Assembly (NCBI GenBank): GCA_030704615.1
Contig: CM060731.1
Coordinates: 50,592,001-50,656,000 of the forward strand
From: Takakia lepidozioides
Taxonomy: Eukaryota; Plantae; Bryophyta
DNA: 64,000 nucleotides
Direction: 5' to 3'
A model generated the notes under the pieces. The model saw nothing but the letters and a program-made list of their open reading frames with translations, did no database searches and was not told where the DNA came from. Shown here piece by piece: positions 26,011-38,643 of the stretch (position 1 is its first letter; every line of letters begins with the position of its first letter). Position numbers and translations under genes: made by a program.

Positions 26011-27073
26011 AGCCCACATTTGCAGGATGGACGCGGGGGTTTCACTCTCTCTCTCTCTCTCTTTTGCCCTGGGTGTCTTGTTGGGTTTCAGGAGGTGTGA
26101 CATACTGTGTGTAGAGGGGTTGTAAGGCAAGGGTGGGAGGGAGGAGAGATAGAGTGGTGCTCATGACGGGCTGCTCGGAGGGGGAAACAGGGAACTCCCT
26201 AGCGCTGGGATTCGTTGAAACGGGTTTCAGTGTTGTGGCAACATCAAGATCATTGAAAACCATGAATTAGTCCCTGCAGCATCATCCCCATATAAAAACT
26301 CTTGATCTGGATTAGACAGTCGATTCCACCTGTGGCGTGAGTCATTTCAAAATATGGACGAAATGACATTCGTGTCAACAATGCTGGCATGGTTGTTGTG
26401 GCACCAGCTGCACAAGTTCGCTTATCCCGCTTATCCCTCATGGAGAGGACATTCAAGACCTCTTCGGTATGATCTCTAGTCGCTCTAGATTCCTTACCTT
26501 GGTTTCACTATTTCTAGCGTCGAGGAAGGTCGGAGACTAGTTGGGTGTCATATTGCCATGTCATCGCCGCCACGTTTCTTAGCCACGTCATCGTCGTAAT
26601 GTCAATTCCTTGGCTCCTGTTAGTACCATGATTTGGTGTTCTTCCTTATGTTTACAAGGTTCTTGGGAGAGTCATCAATCTCTGCTTGCTCGGCTGCACC
26701 GTGGTGGTTCTCACAAGGCAATCCGACATTACCTGACTACAGACACAAGAGGTCCTTTTGGGTTGATGGTCGGTCAAATCCTCCATGGGTCATGACACAA
26801 GGTTAAGGACAATGTGGTGAGGGCACCTTCTTCTTCAACCTATTTCAGCCTGTTTTGCCCTCTCATCAAGACTCGGCCCTGAGATTCATATTGAATTCTC
26901 TAAGTTAGCTCGTTGGGTGGATCTCTGGTGGTTTGGAGTGACTTTGACAAGTTACCGCCGATGTGGCAGCAGGAAAGTATCCAGGAACAGATATCAGAGA
27001 TGAGGAGAAGCTTCGGAATGAACACATTTCCGACCCCGGTCAATGGTGGGACAATGGAGACAAAAAGGTGAAT
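25524..27073. repeat. Long inverted repeat: arms 25524-26010 and 26609-27073, spacer 598 bp
   Basis: The arms are reverse complements along their whole length, with scattered substitutions and two ~12-bp indels. Confidence 0.95.
26330..26402 (+). pseudogene. Short-chain dehydrogenase/reductase micro-fragment inside the inverted-repeat spacer
   Basis: VISKYGRNDIRVNNAGM resembles the SDR motif V..+G(R)IDILVNNAG. Only about 24 codons. Confidence 0.45.
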
Positions 27074-27508
27074 GCGGGCCTCTTACTTTGGGCCGGAGTC
27101 TGAACTCTCTACAGCGGCAGGACAGCTTAGATCGCAGATCACGGTGTGAGATCGTCTCCATGATCTATATCACTGCATGTACGGCATGGGTAACATTCTT
27201 CGAAGCCCACTAAGAGCCCGCTTTTATTCTTTCTTTCCAATGGTGTGCAGAGTTATCAGTGCCTGTCTGTAGACGGGATGTTGAAGGTGGTAAGACTCAA
27301 CCTCAAGGCGAAGGTTCTAGCGTAGCAACTCGTGTAAGTGTTGCTGCAGCATCTATACTAATTCATATTTGTGTCATTGAAGTTTGCACTCAACATGCAT
27401 GGCTAGAATTACATGACAGTAAGGATGCCTTCATGGCACGGCAGTGTAGGAAAAGGATGGGCGGTGGAGCAGCGGGGCTGGAAGCATAAGTTCCTGATTT
27501 CGATTCGG

Positions 27509-28419
27509 TTATGTAACGTAGATTGCCCAAGCCCCCACTACGCCAAAGATTTTATCATTCACAAAAGACCCATGGGCGTAATCATCGGTGTTGGGGTCCC
27601 ACAAGCAGCGGCTGCTCAGCTGGAAGCCCTGGTCACGCTGCTCCCCAACGACAGTCTGCACCACTATTTTGTATCTCTCCAATCCCATGTCTGGATGCAC
27701 ACATTTTAGAGTCGCAGAGATCAGGAACCTTCATGTAGTATATATACAGTCTAGATCTTCTTCTCATGATCACCCCCTCGCAGCAATGCTGGAAATACTG
27801 CCTTGAATGCAGAATCAAGGACCAAGGTTATACAGATCATATATCATGTATATACAAATGTTCTGGACAATATGGTGTAGTATTCAGTTGACGTCAGTGG
27901 CTACAAATGGACATCGCCGTGAATTTTTGGTGGCTCATTAGATACCAGGCTGGTGGTTGAAAGACCCGCATGTGATGAGTGTGGAACTGGAATAGTAACC
28001 CGCCCGGGAACTAGTTACATGCCCAGAACTATACTTGTAGTTAAGTACTTGTAAATATAGGTAGGTGAGAATCAGTTGCCAACAGATCTAGAGCCTCATA
28101 TATAGATGCTCAGTTGCCATCAAGAACTATAGATGAATATTCACGTCCATAGGCAGTTTCATGGTACTATGATGTGTACGCTTTGTCAGGGAAAGTTCTC
28201 GACCGTTGATAGTTGATACATATGAGGTGTGAGAAGTAATTTACCTCTAATTTCGTTTTTGACACCATCTGTGATCTCACGGACCCATTGGGGGGCTTGC
28301 TCGGAATCGTAGGTGACAGATCCAAGCTTCTCCCGCAGCATATCTTTGATTATCTCCTTGACTTTTCCTGCACGAAACCGAGTGGCCGGCGCATATGGCA
28401 ACTCGGAACGCACATATAC
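27509..28419 (-). CDS. Tctex-1 family dynein light chain (TCTEX1D2/DYNLT2B-like); last two exons 28419-28245 and 27690-27509; 5' exon(s) unresolved
   Basis: RFRAGKVKEIIKDMLREKLGSVTYD..ITDGVKNEIR|DMGLERYKIVVQTVVGEQRDQGFQLSSRCLWDPNTDDYA..F.N..IFGV..W. The phase-1 GT-AG intron joins the exons in frame. Confidence 0.85.
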
Positions 28420-30462
28420 CTGTGCAAACCATTAAGTGCTGGATTGGACCTTGAATATAACTTACACAGGTCTCAATGAAATCTGGTGTACATCTGTTCG
28501 AAAGTTCTTCGAGGCAATCAACACCGTTGTATCTACTAGTTTCTACAGTCATGTAAGACACTGCACTCGATTGGGACGGGCAGGATCTTAGGCGCAAAAT
28601 TTCAGTTTCATTGAATGGGACCCAGGGAGTATGAATCTTCACGAGTTACATAGTCCGGAATTGTATTGTGGAGTCTAAGCATTGATCACATTGGATATGT
28701 CGTCCGGCTCGATCTATCGTGCTCATCTGCATCTTGTTACATTAGAACTCTCTCCCTCTCTCGATAGTATAGGCCTGCTATGGACCAAGTTACATGCACA
28801 AGGCCTGTGGTCTGAACATGCCTGGCCAAATATATTCGTGGGACCTCCTTGAACAAGTTCATCTCTCTCCCTTACCCACCTCTTCTTGGGCCTCTCCCTT
28901 TCTCCTTTGCATCTACAGCACGTAGTGAACCTCTTAAACTGTTTGGGTACTTGTACTACGGGAAGAAAATGATTTCAAGGTATGGATGCTTGTTTATAGA
29001 GCACCGGCCCCTGGGTACACACACTGTCTACAGCTTCCTCTCCATAAGACTAGCACAATGCGGCCCTGGTATATTTTCAAATAACTTTTCAATGCCCCAT
29101 GTATGCGCGTGCAAGCGTTCTACCATGGTGCGTGGAGTGTAGTCCACTTCAGGGATGTCCGTAAGCTCCTCTTTGATGTCATGGAGCGTCCCCAGCTTTG
29201 TAGGCTCCCCCGTTGCCATCTACCCCGCACGCCGAGCAAGATAAACTTCTGAAAGAAAGAGATAAGAAGCTCTAAATGCGTCACCGCCAATTTCCCAAAG
29301 AAAGCTCTAGAGAGGCACTGACAGGGGCAGATCAGAGATCAGAATTGAACCTTAGAGACGGAATACTTGACAAGAATTACGAGTTGTGTAGAGATAGAGT
29401 CATACCCATTAGAACTTCTCTATTGAGGAGATCATAGAGAACCAGTACACCCAAGAGAGGCAAGAGACTCGGAAGACAAATGGAAACGCCCAAAGGAGGG
29501 CCCTGAGACACAGAAAAAATCCACGACGAGTTGCAGAAAGAGAGAGAAATGAAATGTTATTTCATAACCGTCCACGGAAAGCTCAACGAGCTTATGGGAT
29601 GTCCAAGAGTTCTAGAGCATTCGTGAAACAAGAATGAGAGCTCGGGGCCCTCCACAACCGCCCAAAAAAAGGTTCCCTAATCTGAAGTTTCGCTATGTAA
29701 ATTGGTATCCCATTTGCCTCGCTTACAGAAGAGAGAAGAAGATGAAAACGACACTTTTTCCTTCCCTGGAGGCCCGCATTACCTATCATGGGACCCAACC
29801 AAGGAAAGTAGTTCTAAGAGAGGACCCCAATACGTGAGACTACAGAGAGTGAGATATGAAGAGAGATGACAAGAGAAACACCAGTGCGCTGCTGCATACA
29901 GATTGAGCAACTACCAACCGGCTGAATCAGTTGACTCTCATACCCGCCTGTTCAGTGGTTTTTAGAAACTGTCGTTTCACTGGCTGGTCCAGTTGTCAGA
30001 TTAGTCTAGGAAACATATCTGCCCTACAGAGGATCATACTTTTCATGGAACAAACATTGTTTGCATTGGATGATGGGCCCTACAGAGCACTTAGGAAATT
30101 CATGTAATGGGATGATTTCTAAACTCGAGTTGGAGGTTAGGTCTTGGGACTGCGAGGAGATTAGGTCTGTAAGTAGTTGTGGTGAAAGAGATTGTGATTG
30201 CAATCTGATGTATTTCTCTGGCTGCTCACAGATTAGATGATTGATGAGTAGCTTTACGTGAATTGGGTTGTTTCAGTGATGTCTTGACAGGAATGTGAAT
30301 CCGATGGTGGTGGAGAAGCAGGAGAAAACTGTGGCTGCATATTAAAACCTGGACTGCCCACAGGGGGTTATGGTCGTTTTGCCGGAAACACTTGATTTCT
30401 TGACGTATCAGAGATTCACGTCCCTTTCTCTTCTTGCATACTGATGTCTGGGTATACTCGAG

Positions 30463-33400
30463 ATGCTGGCTGGCTCGATGCCATTTATTCACTGGCGAAA
30501 AAGTTGGAGAAGAGCAGACATGTCCCACTCAAGAGCAGTGGCAAAACGATTTGGGAAAAGAGTTGGCGAAGGATCGGCCATGGCTTTGCAAACAGACTGC
30601 ATGGCACTCGTGGGGAAGATGCCTGCCTTTTCCCCATGTTCTCGAGGGCGCCCTCTCAAGCTTCCCCGAGGCTATGATGCTTGCAAGCCTGGCCCTGGAC
30701 TGCAAGCTTCAGGAAGGTGTGGATCGTACTCTCTGTACGTTCCTCCGAATTTGCCAAACCTCGTTGTAGAAAGGTGTGTTTCAACTGGTTTGGAGCCTAT
30801 GGCGGGGCATCTGACATCAGCAGAGGATGACATGGTTTGTGGTCAGGGGGAGGAGCAAGGAGGCCAACTGGGGTTGGAGAAAAATGAGTGGCCACATACG
30901 CACTTGGTAGCATTCCTCAAGGAAGTTGCCACCGCAGAAGAATATGGGAGAAGCCAAAATAGGGACGAGGAGAAGAGCGAATATTTTTCAAGCCCCTGTC
31001 GATGGTGGGAAAATCGAAGCAATAAGGTGAATGGTTGATATGTTGCAGCACAAGCTGACAACAAGATGCATTGAGAAATTTTCTCGCAAAGTAATTATAG
31101 CTCTCTCTCTCTTTCTCTCTCTCTCTCCCTCTCTCCTTTTCCCCCTCTTCCTCGCTGTTTTGTGAGCTCTTTTCCTCACACTTTGGGTGCAAACACACTC
31201 GCATGTGTCACATCTGTAGGAACCAAGAGGGTTAGAGAAACAGTATTTACACTTATTATTATGTCGAATTCCACTGATTTCCCTGTGATCGGTCACCGCA
31301 CACAAATGTAGCACATGTCTTGCGAGGTTGCAGCGACCAATGACCACATTCTCTCACTTTTCTGCGAGTAAGTGCAAAAATGTGTTGATGCCAATGTAGA
31401 GAGCTGAAGCAGCAGTGCTGATAATTTTTTTGACAAATCCAGCCGCATGACCGTTTAAGTGGGAGTCCTGCAAGGGCATGCCAGAGCCAATCCTTTGTTA
31501 GTCTTGCCTCAAATTCAGTGTAGGAACTAGTTTCTACTATGTAAGGGTGTGGGTAAATTATGGGTTGTCATGGGTGAGGAAAGGATCCTTAACCTTTTTG
31601 TGAAGGCAGTGATGTTGTGTGGGTGCAGATACACCTCCAAGGAGCAGATTCCAAGCACAGAAGTGCAAATCAGGCACTGTGGATGGATAGCTACACCAAA
31701 CATGTGTGGGTAGATAGTCAATTGGAAGTACAGTTGTTGAAATCAGGCATCTCCACCGTGACCGCTCTTGAGAGCAGCCCAAGAGAAGAAGTCCACAAGA
31801 ACTCTTCTGGAACTCGTTTGGATGTAAGAACACCACACAAGGCAGGACGACTGACAGAGGTGCTGCACATTTTGAACCAAGGAGGCATTTCAGCAAACTC
31901 CAGTACTTATATCTGTCTCTTGCAGGATTGCATCAAGATGAAAGGCCTAGCAGAGGGCAAGCAGGTGCACACCCACATTATCCAAAATGGATTCAAACCC
32001 AACATCTTTTTGCAGAACACCCTTATCAACATGTATGCCAAATGTGGGAGTGTAGTGGATGCACGCATAGTATTTGACAAAACGCCCGAACGAGATGTGT
32101 CTACGTGGACTACAATGATGGCAGGTTATGTTAAGCATGGGTGTGGTAAGGAGGCCATTGAGATCTATGAGCAAATGATACAGAGAGGGGTGACACCCAA
32201 CATGGTCACATTCATCTGTGCTCTCAAGGCGTGTTCCAGCCTAGGAGCCCTGGAAAAAGGTAAAGATCTTCATGCTGACATCGTCAAAGCTGGAATTGCA
32301 CCCAATATTACTCTGGAGACTGCCCTTGCTGACATGTATGCCAAATGTGGGAACATGAATCATTCTCGACAAGTGTTTGACAACATGGCTGAACGAGATG
32401 TGGTGTCATGGAATGCGATGATCACAGGATATGCCCAGCATGGTTGTGGTAGGGAGGCCTTTGAGACTTATGAACATATGATACGTGAAGGAATGACACC
32501 AAACAAAGTGACCTTCACAGGTGTGCTCAATGCTTGCGCCAGCCTTGCAGCCCTTGAAAAGGGCAAGGAGATTCATGCTCATATAATAAAATCTGGAATT
32601 CCGCCAGATATCATAATGGAGACTGCCCTTGCTGACATGTATGCCAAATGTGGAAGCATGAAGGATGCACGTTTAGTGTTTGACAATATGGCTCAACGAA
32701 ATGTGATCTCATGGAACGCCATGATCACAGGATATGCTCAGCATGGGTGGGGTATGGAAGCTTTGGCAACATATGATGAAATGATAAGGGAAGGTGTCAT
32801 GCCCACCCAGGTCACATATGTTTGTGCTCTCAATGCATGTGCCAGTTTGGCAGCCCTGGAGAAGGGCCAAGAAATCCATGCTAACATCATCCAAGCCAAA
32901 ATTGAGCCAAATATTATTCTTGAAAATACTCTTATTGACATGTATGCTAAATGTGGGAGTAGAAAGGATGCTAGGCAAGTTTTTGACAATATAGGCAAGA
33001 GAAATGTAGTCTCATGGAGTACAATGATCACAGGATATGCTCACCATGGGTGTGGTGGGGAGGCCCTGCAACTGTTTGAACAAATGCAGCAGGAAGGCTT
33101 CAAGCCAAATAATATCATCTTCACAGGGGTGCTCTCTGCATGCAGCCATGCTGGTCTAGTGGAAGAAGGCCGTCACTACTTTGATTCCATGAGTAGAGAT
33201 CATGGCCTTGCTCCTAAAGATGAGCATTTTGGTTGCATGGTAGACCTTCTTGGTCGTGCTGGGCGATTGGAGGAGGCAGAGGACTTAATTAACCATATGC
33301 AAATCAAACCAGCTGCTGCAGCATGGGTTGCCTTGCTTGGTGCCTGCAGAACTCATGGCAATGTAGAGGTGGCAGAACGTGTGGCGAACCGTCTTCTCAT

Positions 33401-33929
33401 GTGGGACCCACAACATGCGGCCACCTATGTGTTGCTATCAAACATCTATGCTGCAGCTGGCAGGTGGGATGATACCAGAAAGGTGAGAAAATTGATGAAG
33501 GACACGGGTGTCAGAAAGGAACCAGGTCACTGCTGCATTGAGGTGGACAACTGCTTGCATAAATTCGTTGTAGATGACAAATTGCATCCACAAATGGAGG
33601 AAATTTACACGGAGCTGACGAGATTGTCTGGGCAGATGAAGGAGGCTGGGTACATGCTTGACACACGCTATATATTACATGATGTGGAGGAGGATCAAAA
33701 GGAATTTTTTCTCTGCCACCACAGCGAGAAGCTGGCCATTGCTTTTGGTCTCATCAGCACATCTGCTGGAACGTCTCTGCATCTCATACAAAGCCTTCGG
33801 TTATGCGGTGACTGCCACACAGCAACCAAGTTCATCTCAAGGATTGTTGGTCGAACAATTGTTGTACGGGATACCAACCGCTTTCACCACTTCCTAGATG
33901 GAGTTTGTTCTTGTGGGGATTACTGGTGA
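30463..33929 (+). CDS. PLS-class PPR-E1-E2-DYW organellar C-to-U RNA editing factor with an N-terminal OSB-type PDF motif; exons 30463-31026 and 31629-33929 (954 aa)
   Basis: 14 P/L/S motifs, E1/E2, PG box (KEPG), HSEKLA..CGDCH and terminal CSCGDYW. A phase-0 intron (aag|gtgaat ... gtgcag|ata) joins ORF 30463 to ORF 31617 in frame. The R/S/A-rich N-terminus resembles a transit peptide. Confidence 0.92.
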
Positions 33930-35059
33930 AACAAACAACATGCATGAAAGTCAGTTTGTTTCTTGAAAAATGGAGGGTATATAATTTTCTTGATACGAAG
34001 TGAACCTCGAAGGATTAAGAAGGATTTGTATTAATGAGCATAAATTCTAGTGCTGCACATCCCGCAACCTGCCCATGGTCTTGATGCTAAATCATTTATG
34101 ATCCGAACAGCAAGGGTGGATGTTAACCTCTTCTTTCTTTCCTGTCTGTTATTGATGTTGGTTGAAATTACTCCCCTTGCACTGCTGCTACCAGCAAACG
34201 AGTACAAAATTGATCAACAAATGCATTTTCCAAATCCAACTATCCACATACATCTACATGCATCTAATATCCATCATGCCTACTACCTTTATTTGCGAAG
34301 TTCATCTTCCTATGTCTTTCCCACATTCTACCCTTGTGCCCAAGAAAATTCTACAGACATTTTAAACAAGCCTCACCTTACTTACATAGGTAAAGAATTT
34401 AGGCATATTGCTTAGGATGGGGAGAAGAGTCTCTTCACCAGTGGTCCTCTCACTTTCAACAGCCAAGTGTTCCCTGCGATCTCCATGCTTCACACCAAAC
34501 CCCCAAGACCACCACAAAAAACATGTCAAAGAATTGGTGTCATTAAGCATGGCAGGGACAAAACCCTTAATCCTTTCCCCATTGACTAACCCCAAGGAAG
34601 GCCACGTTCATCATCCAGGAACATTGGAGACACTTGGTCGTTGAAGTTGAGTGGTCCGCTACTGAATAAGCTCTTCTCCCTATCATAGGCGCCATGATTT
34701 CCCCTGAATTCTTTGACCCGTAAGTACTACGGAGTTTGTTAATTAATGTTTAAAGGCCCTATCTCCTTGACATTCTTGCAGGATGTGTCTCACTTTGGCT
34801 TCAAACATCTGCTCCCTAAGGCTCACTGATTTAATGTTGGCTTTATGTCCTACAAGCTTGAATAAAGCGCGCACCAACCGTGATTCAATGAAAACTCTAC
34901 AACTACTGCAAACCTGGAAGCGAACTCTGATGGATTCAAACTAAGAGTAATCAAAGTCCAAACCTTCTCCAGCTCTTGTGTCACCCTCCAAAAGAGTTGA
35001 TGTAAATTGCCAGAGAAAATCCATCAACCATCCAGAGTTGCAATCTTGTTGTTTTTCAA

Positions 35060-35258
35060 GGGAAGAAGTGTTGGCGCAATTTGGTGAGACCCTAAAAGAT
35101 GTGATGAAGGCCGCCTATGCCGCTTCCACAAAGGCGAAGTTTAAGGTGAAACCAAAGGAGCCTGACACCTTTGAGGCCGTCCAGAATCAGAAGGTGCTCA
35201 ATACTTGGCTCTTGGAGTTAGAGCAGTATTGAGTAGGTCAGAGTGGAAGTGACTCATC
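35060..35258 (+). mobile_element. Isolated gypsy gag fragment homologous to the element at 51-55.6 kb
   Basis: LAQFGETLKDVMKAAYAASTKAKFKVKPKEPDTFEAVQNQKVLNTWLLELEQY compared with LAQFGGTLKDVLKAANATSTKAKFKVKPKEPGTFEGVQNWKALNTWLLELEQY in ORF 53936..54859. Confidence 0.85.
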
Positions 35259-35758
35259 CAAAGCTTTCATGAAATTCTTCATGCCTGTTGATCCTTGCAA
35301 TATCCGCGGGCAACTCTCTCCAACACTTGGACCTGTTTGTCTGTGACTTCAGCTGCTGTTCAATTCCTCACAAAACTGGTTGATAGTTTTCCCCCTCTGC
35401 CAAAGGGCCTCAGTCAGTGTAGCCGTTGCAAGTCAGTTTTCCCTCAGAAATAAAATAAAACAACATAAAAACTCAATTCCAAGTGAATGATTGGGTTGAA
35501 AGTTTGTGCAGCAAAGAGATTCGAACTATACACCTCTTGAAGGCAGGGGAAGTCACCCGGGTTGTAAGGTGACCATGGGGTTAGGTTAGGTTAGGTCATC
35601 TCTCTTACAGCTCTGTTTTTGCAGTGTTTGCTTCTCGGAGCTGTATCGCCGAGGGTACGGGCTTGAGATTAGCTGCCTCACAATTTTCTTCTCTTGGATG
35701 CGTTGATTAAACTGCTATTTCTTACAGGCCGCATTGTTGCGCTGCGATTGTTGTCATC

Positions 35759-37779
35759 ATGGTATGTCCTATTCTATTCGGTATATCGCACTGGGACTCA
35801 GTTGTAATGCCTGAACTATATTGCGAAGGTCTTTCGGATTAAGGACAAATTGGTGCACCAGCTACTGTGATGCCGCATTGAGACCTAAATTATGAAAAAC
35901 TAGAGAGGAAGTGGTCATAGCGATGTGATTCTTTCGAAGCTAGTTTCGTTTTGTCAGGAGGAACGTTTGGCTGTCAAGTGGAATTTCATTTCATTTTTGC
36001 GACTATGTTGAAGGCAGGGTGTCTCTCAACGAGGCCAGACTTAGAAATGGACCTCTGGACCACCAGAAGCAGTGCGAATAGGTTGACCATTCGTTGTTGG
36101 ATGCTTGAAGACAAACTCCATAGGGACAGTCATTTAAGCTAGCTTATGAAGTTTAGGTCGTCATTTTGTTACCAAAATTCTAGTAGGGTTTTCTATTTCT
36201 TCTCCCTCTTGTTGTGTGCTGGTTGAAGTCAGCTAGGGGCTTCTCTGATACAGCAATCAAACAACAATGATTATGCTTCGAATCACAATTGCTAGCTCGA
36301 CATTCCAAATCCCCTGCCTTCCAAATCCCCTGGTTCCATGTGGGGTTTGCTGGACCTTGCAGTTCTTGTCCCTCCTCACTTGCTCTTTACTCACATGGAA
36401 CCAGAGCCGGTCCCTGACAAAAGGCATTCATCAAGTCTTTCCCCTGTTCCCCTGCTCAGGGCTGTCTGACACAGACCACTGTCATTTTTGTGTATGTAAA
36501 GGCATGAAATACATCTGCAGAAGGGAGAATCTTCTTTTATATCTTTTTCCAAGAGTAATTTATGTGTATGTGGCAGGCAAACAACCGGCACACCATCATA
36601 TTGATGCAACCAGGGAACAAAGCAACAAGGACTTTCATGGATTACGATTCTGTCTCGGCAGCCATGGACGGTATTTACTATTCCTCTTGAACTATCGTCT
36701 TCTTTTCAGCTTCCTGAACTGGCAAAAATAAAGCAGGATGAACTGACATTTTCGCGTCATTGTGCCACCCCTTAGGATGTATATATATGTGCCAACAAAC
36801 AAGTTTCAGACTAGTTCTTTGAGCTGGCACCAAAATCACTTGATTATGTTGCTAGTCAACTTAGGCATTCATAGAGGTCACTATTTGAGTGATACAGCCA
36901 GATGCAGTGCCTGCCTAACACATATTTTGAACATTGTTCTTAAGTTAACAGTTTATTATTACACCAAGTGGTTACTACAACTGAACAAATTTATGGCTGC
37001 AGTTACCCTTTCCTTTTCTGGCACCTGTTTGAACTAGGGTGTAAGCTCATCTTTTTATTCCTTCCATATTCTCTGGTCAGGTTTTACTTGCGTGTTGATC
37101 CAGACAGTGGATGTTGATTGGAAGCGTGGCTAGTGGCTGCTGAAGGCAATGTTTTAAGCTTGCTCCTATAGCTGGTCATGCTGCTGAAGGAATGAAAATC
37201 TTGTATGTGAAATGCTTCCTGTTTTGGTGAGCATGACCAGCAAAACCCTGTTTGGTCTAGGAAGATCTAACATATTAAATCTCTTGAAGAAAGTGATTTG
37301 CTCTTGTGAAGGAAAATCCCATCCTTCTACTATGCTGCGGAAGGATTGATCAGGTCTGGTTGTGTGGTATAGGAATTTGTGGCCTCTTTGAGAAGAGGCT
37401 AAAAGATGCGAATCCTAATCTCCGCAACATCACGTACGACATAGCTGATCTCTACAAGTACATTGAAGCCCTCACCGACATGAGTGCTCTTGTGTATGTC
37501 TCTTCCCCATTTGTTCGCCGCTCTTTTCATTCTACTCCTCTTGGCTCCTGAACCGCAGGGTAGTGTGTTGTGGGAAGGGAATCTATGTATCTGAAGATGT
37601 CAGCTCTATCCAAGTCTGTTAGAAGCTGCATGTGATTGTCTATCTAGATGTGCTAAGGGTTTAGCTCTGTCTTGTTCAGGTATGATCCCACCATCAGTGC
37701 ATATGCCCCATATGATAGGCTATGGATTAAGCAGCAGGCCTTCCAACGGTTGAAGAGGCTTGCTGGTCAACATAGCTGA
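35759..37779 (+). CDS. ERH: Enhancer of rudimentary homolog; exons 35759-35761, 36577-36670, 37373-37493, 37680-37779 (105 aa)
   Basis: The spliced product is M-ANNRHTIILMQPGNKATRTFMDYDSVSAAMD-GICGLFEKRLKDANPNLRNITYDIADLYKYIEALTDMSALV-YDPTISAYAPYDRLWIKQQAFQRLKRLAGQHS. All introns are GT-AG and the total is 318 nt in frame. Confidence 0.95.
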
Positions 37780-38643
37780 TCCTCATGAAGATTGAGCTTT
37801 TTCCACAGGGAGATGTGGCATTGAAGGTCTGAGTTAACATGTAACAACATGCTACATCTTGCATGGGCCAAGTTCTGGGGCCTGTCTCAGAAGCAACTGG
37901 GGTTGCTGATGCTGTGGTCTTACAACGGTCGAAGCATAGTGTTAAAACTCAATAGAAGGGTCTCAAGTCGATGTGGGATAATTTTGATAGCTTCCACTGT
38001 GGCCTCAATGTCTTTCCCATGTATAGGGCATGAAGTATGAGCTGTTTTAAGTGAAATTGTCACTTGTAATCTGTCATTGTATTAACCCACCAAAATTTAC
38101 CAGCTACATTGAATTGTAGAACCGACCTGCTCCACTTTGTCAATTTGTTGCCTGAAGGCCCTACATCTGATGTGGCAGAATGCAGGGCTGAACTGAGTGA
38201 CGCCTCAATTACCGTGACATGTGTGTGGTTGGTAGTTGCAGTGTGTGGGTAGAGATAATAGGGTGCTAAGAGTTCCTTCATGTTGCAACATTCGCTGAAG
38301 AATTTGCAATTATTGCACTCCCAATTCTATCTTGGAATGTGTAATGCAACGCTCCTCGGCATTGGTTATGTACTTGTCTGAGAGACCCCATCCACACTTG
38401 ACCTCTCACAAGACAAATTGTGATGTCCACAGCCATTGAAGGCATGAAAAAGTCACTGAAACTTCCTCTCATTGATGCACCTGGTAAGAGAACAACTTTC
38501 TGTAACTTGAAACACCACTTGCAAATAACAAATGAAACCTTGTTCCCAAGCAATTTTCATGTTGTCTTAACTTGCTAGTGAACTGTCACGGATGTCCGAG
38601 AGGAGAGGGGAGTCTTAGCACCTAGTACTATGAATGGCCATAG

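Noticed and set aside
29028-29219. First exon of the Tctex gene
   Set aside because: It ends in a stop with no convincing in-frame donor; it cannot be linked without transcript data.
33515-33929. U-to-C (DYW:KP / GRP-type) editing domain
   Set aside because: It has a PG box, HSE motif and terminal DYW, consistent with the C-to-U type.
34270-34980. Faint gypsy protease/RT traces on the minus strand
   Set aside because: Only short motif resemblances (GLVNGERI..); too degraded to call.
35578-35595. Telomere-like (TTAGG)3
   Set aside because: Too short and not the plant TTTAGGG repeat.
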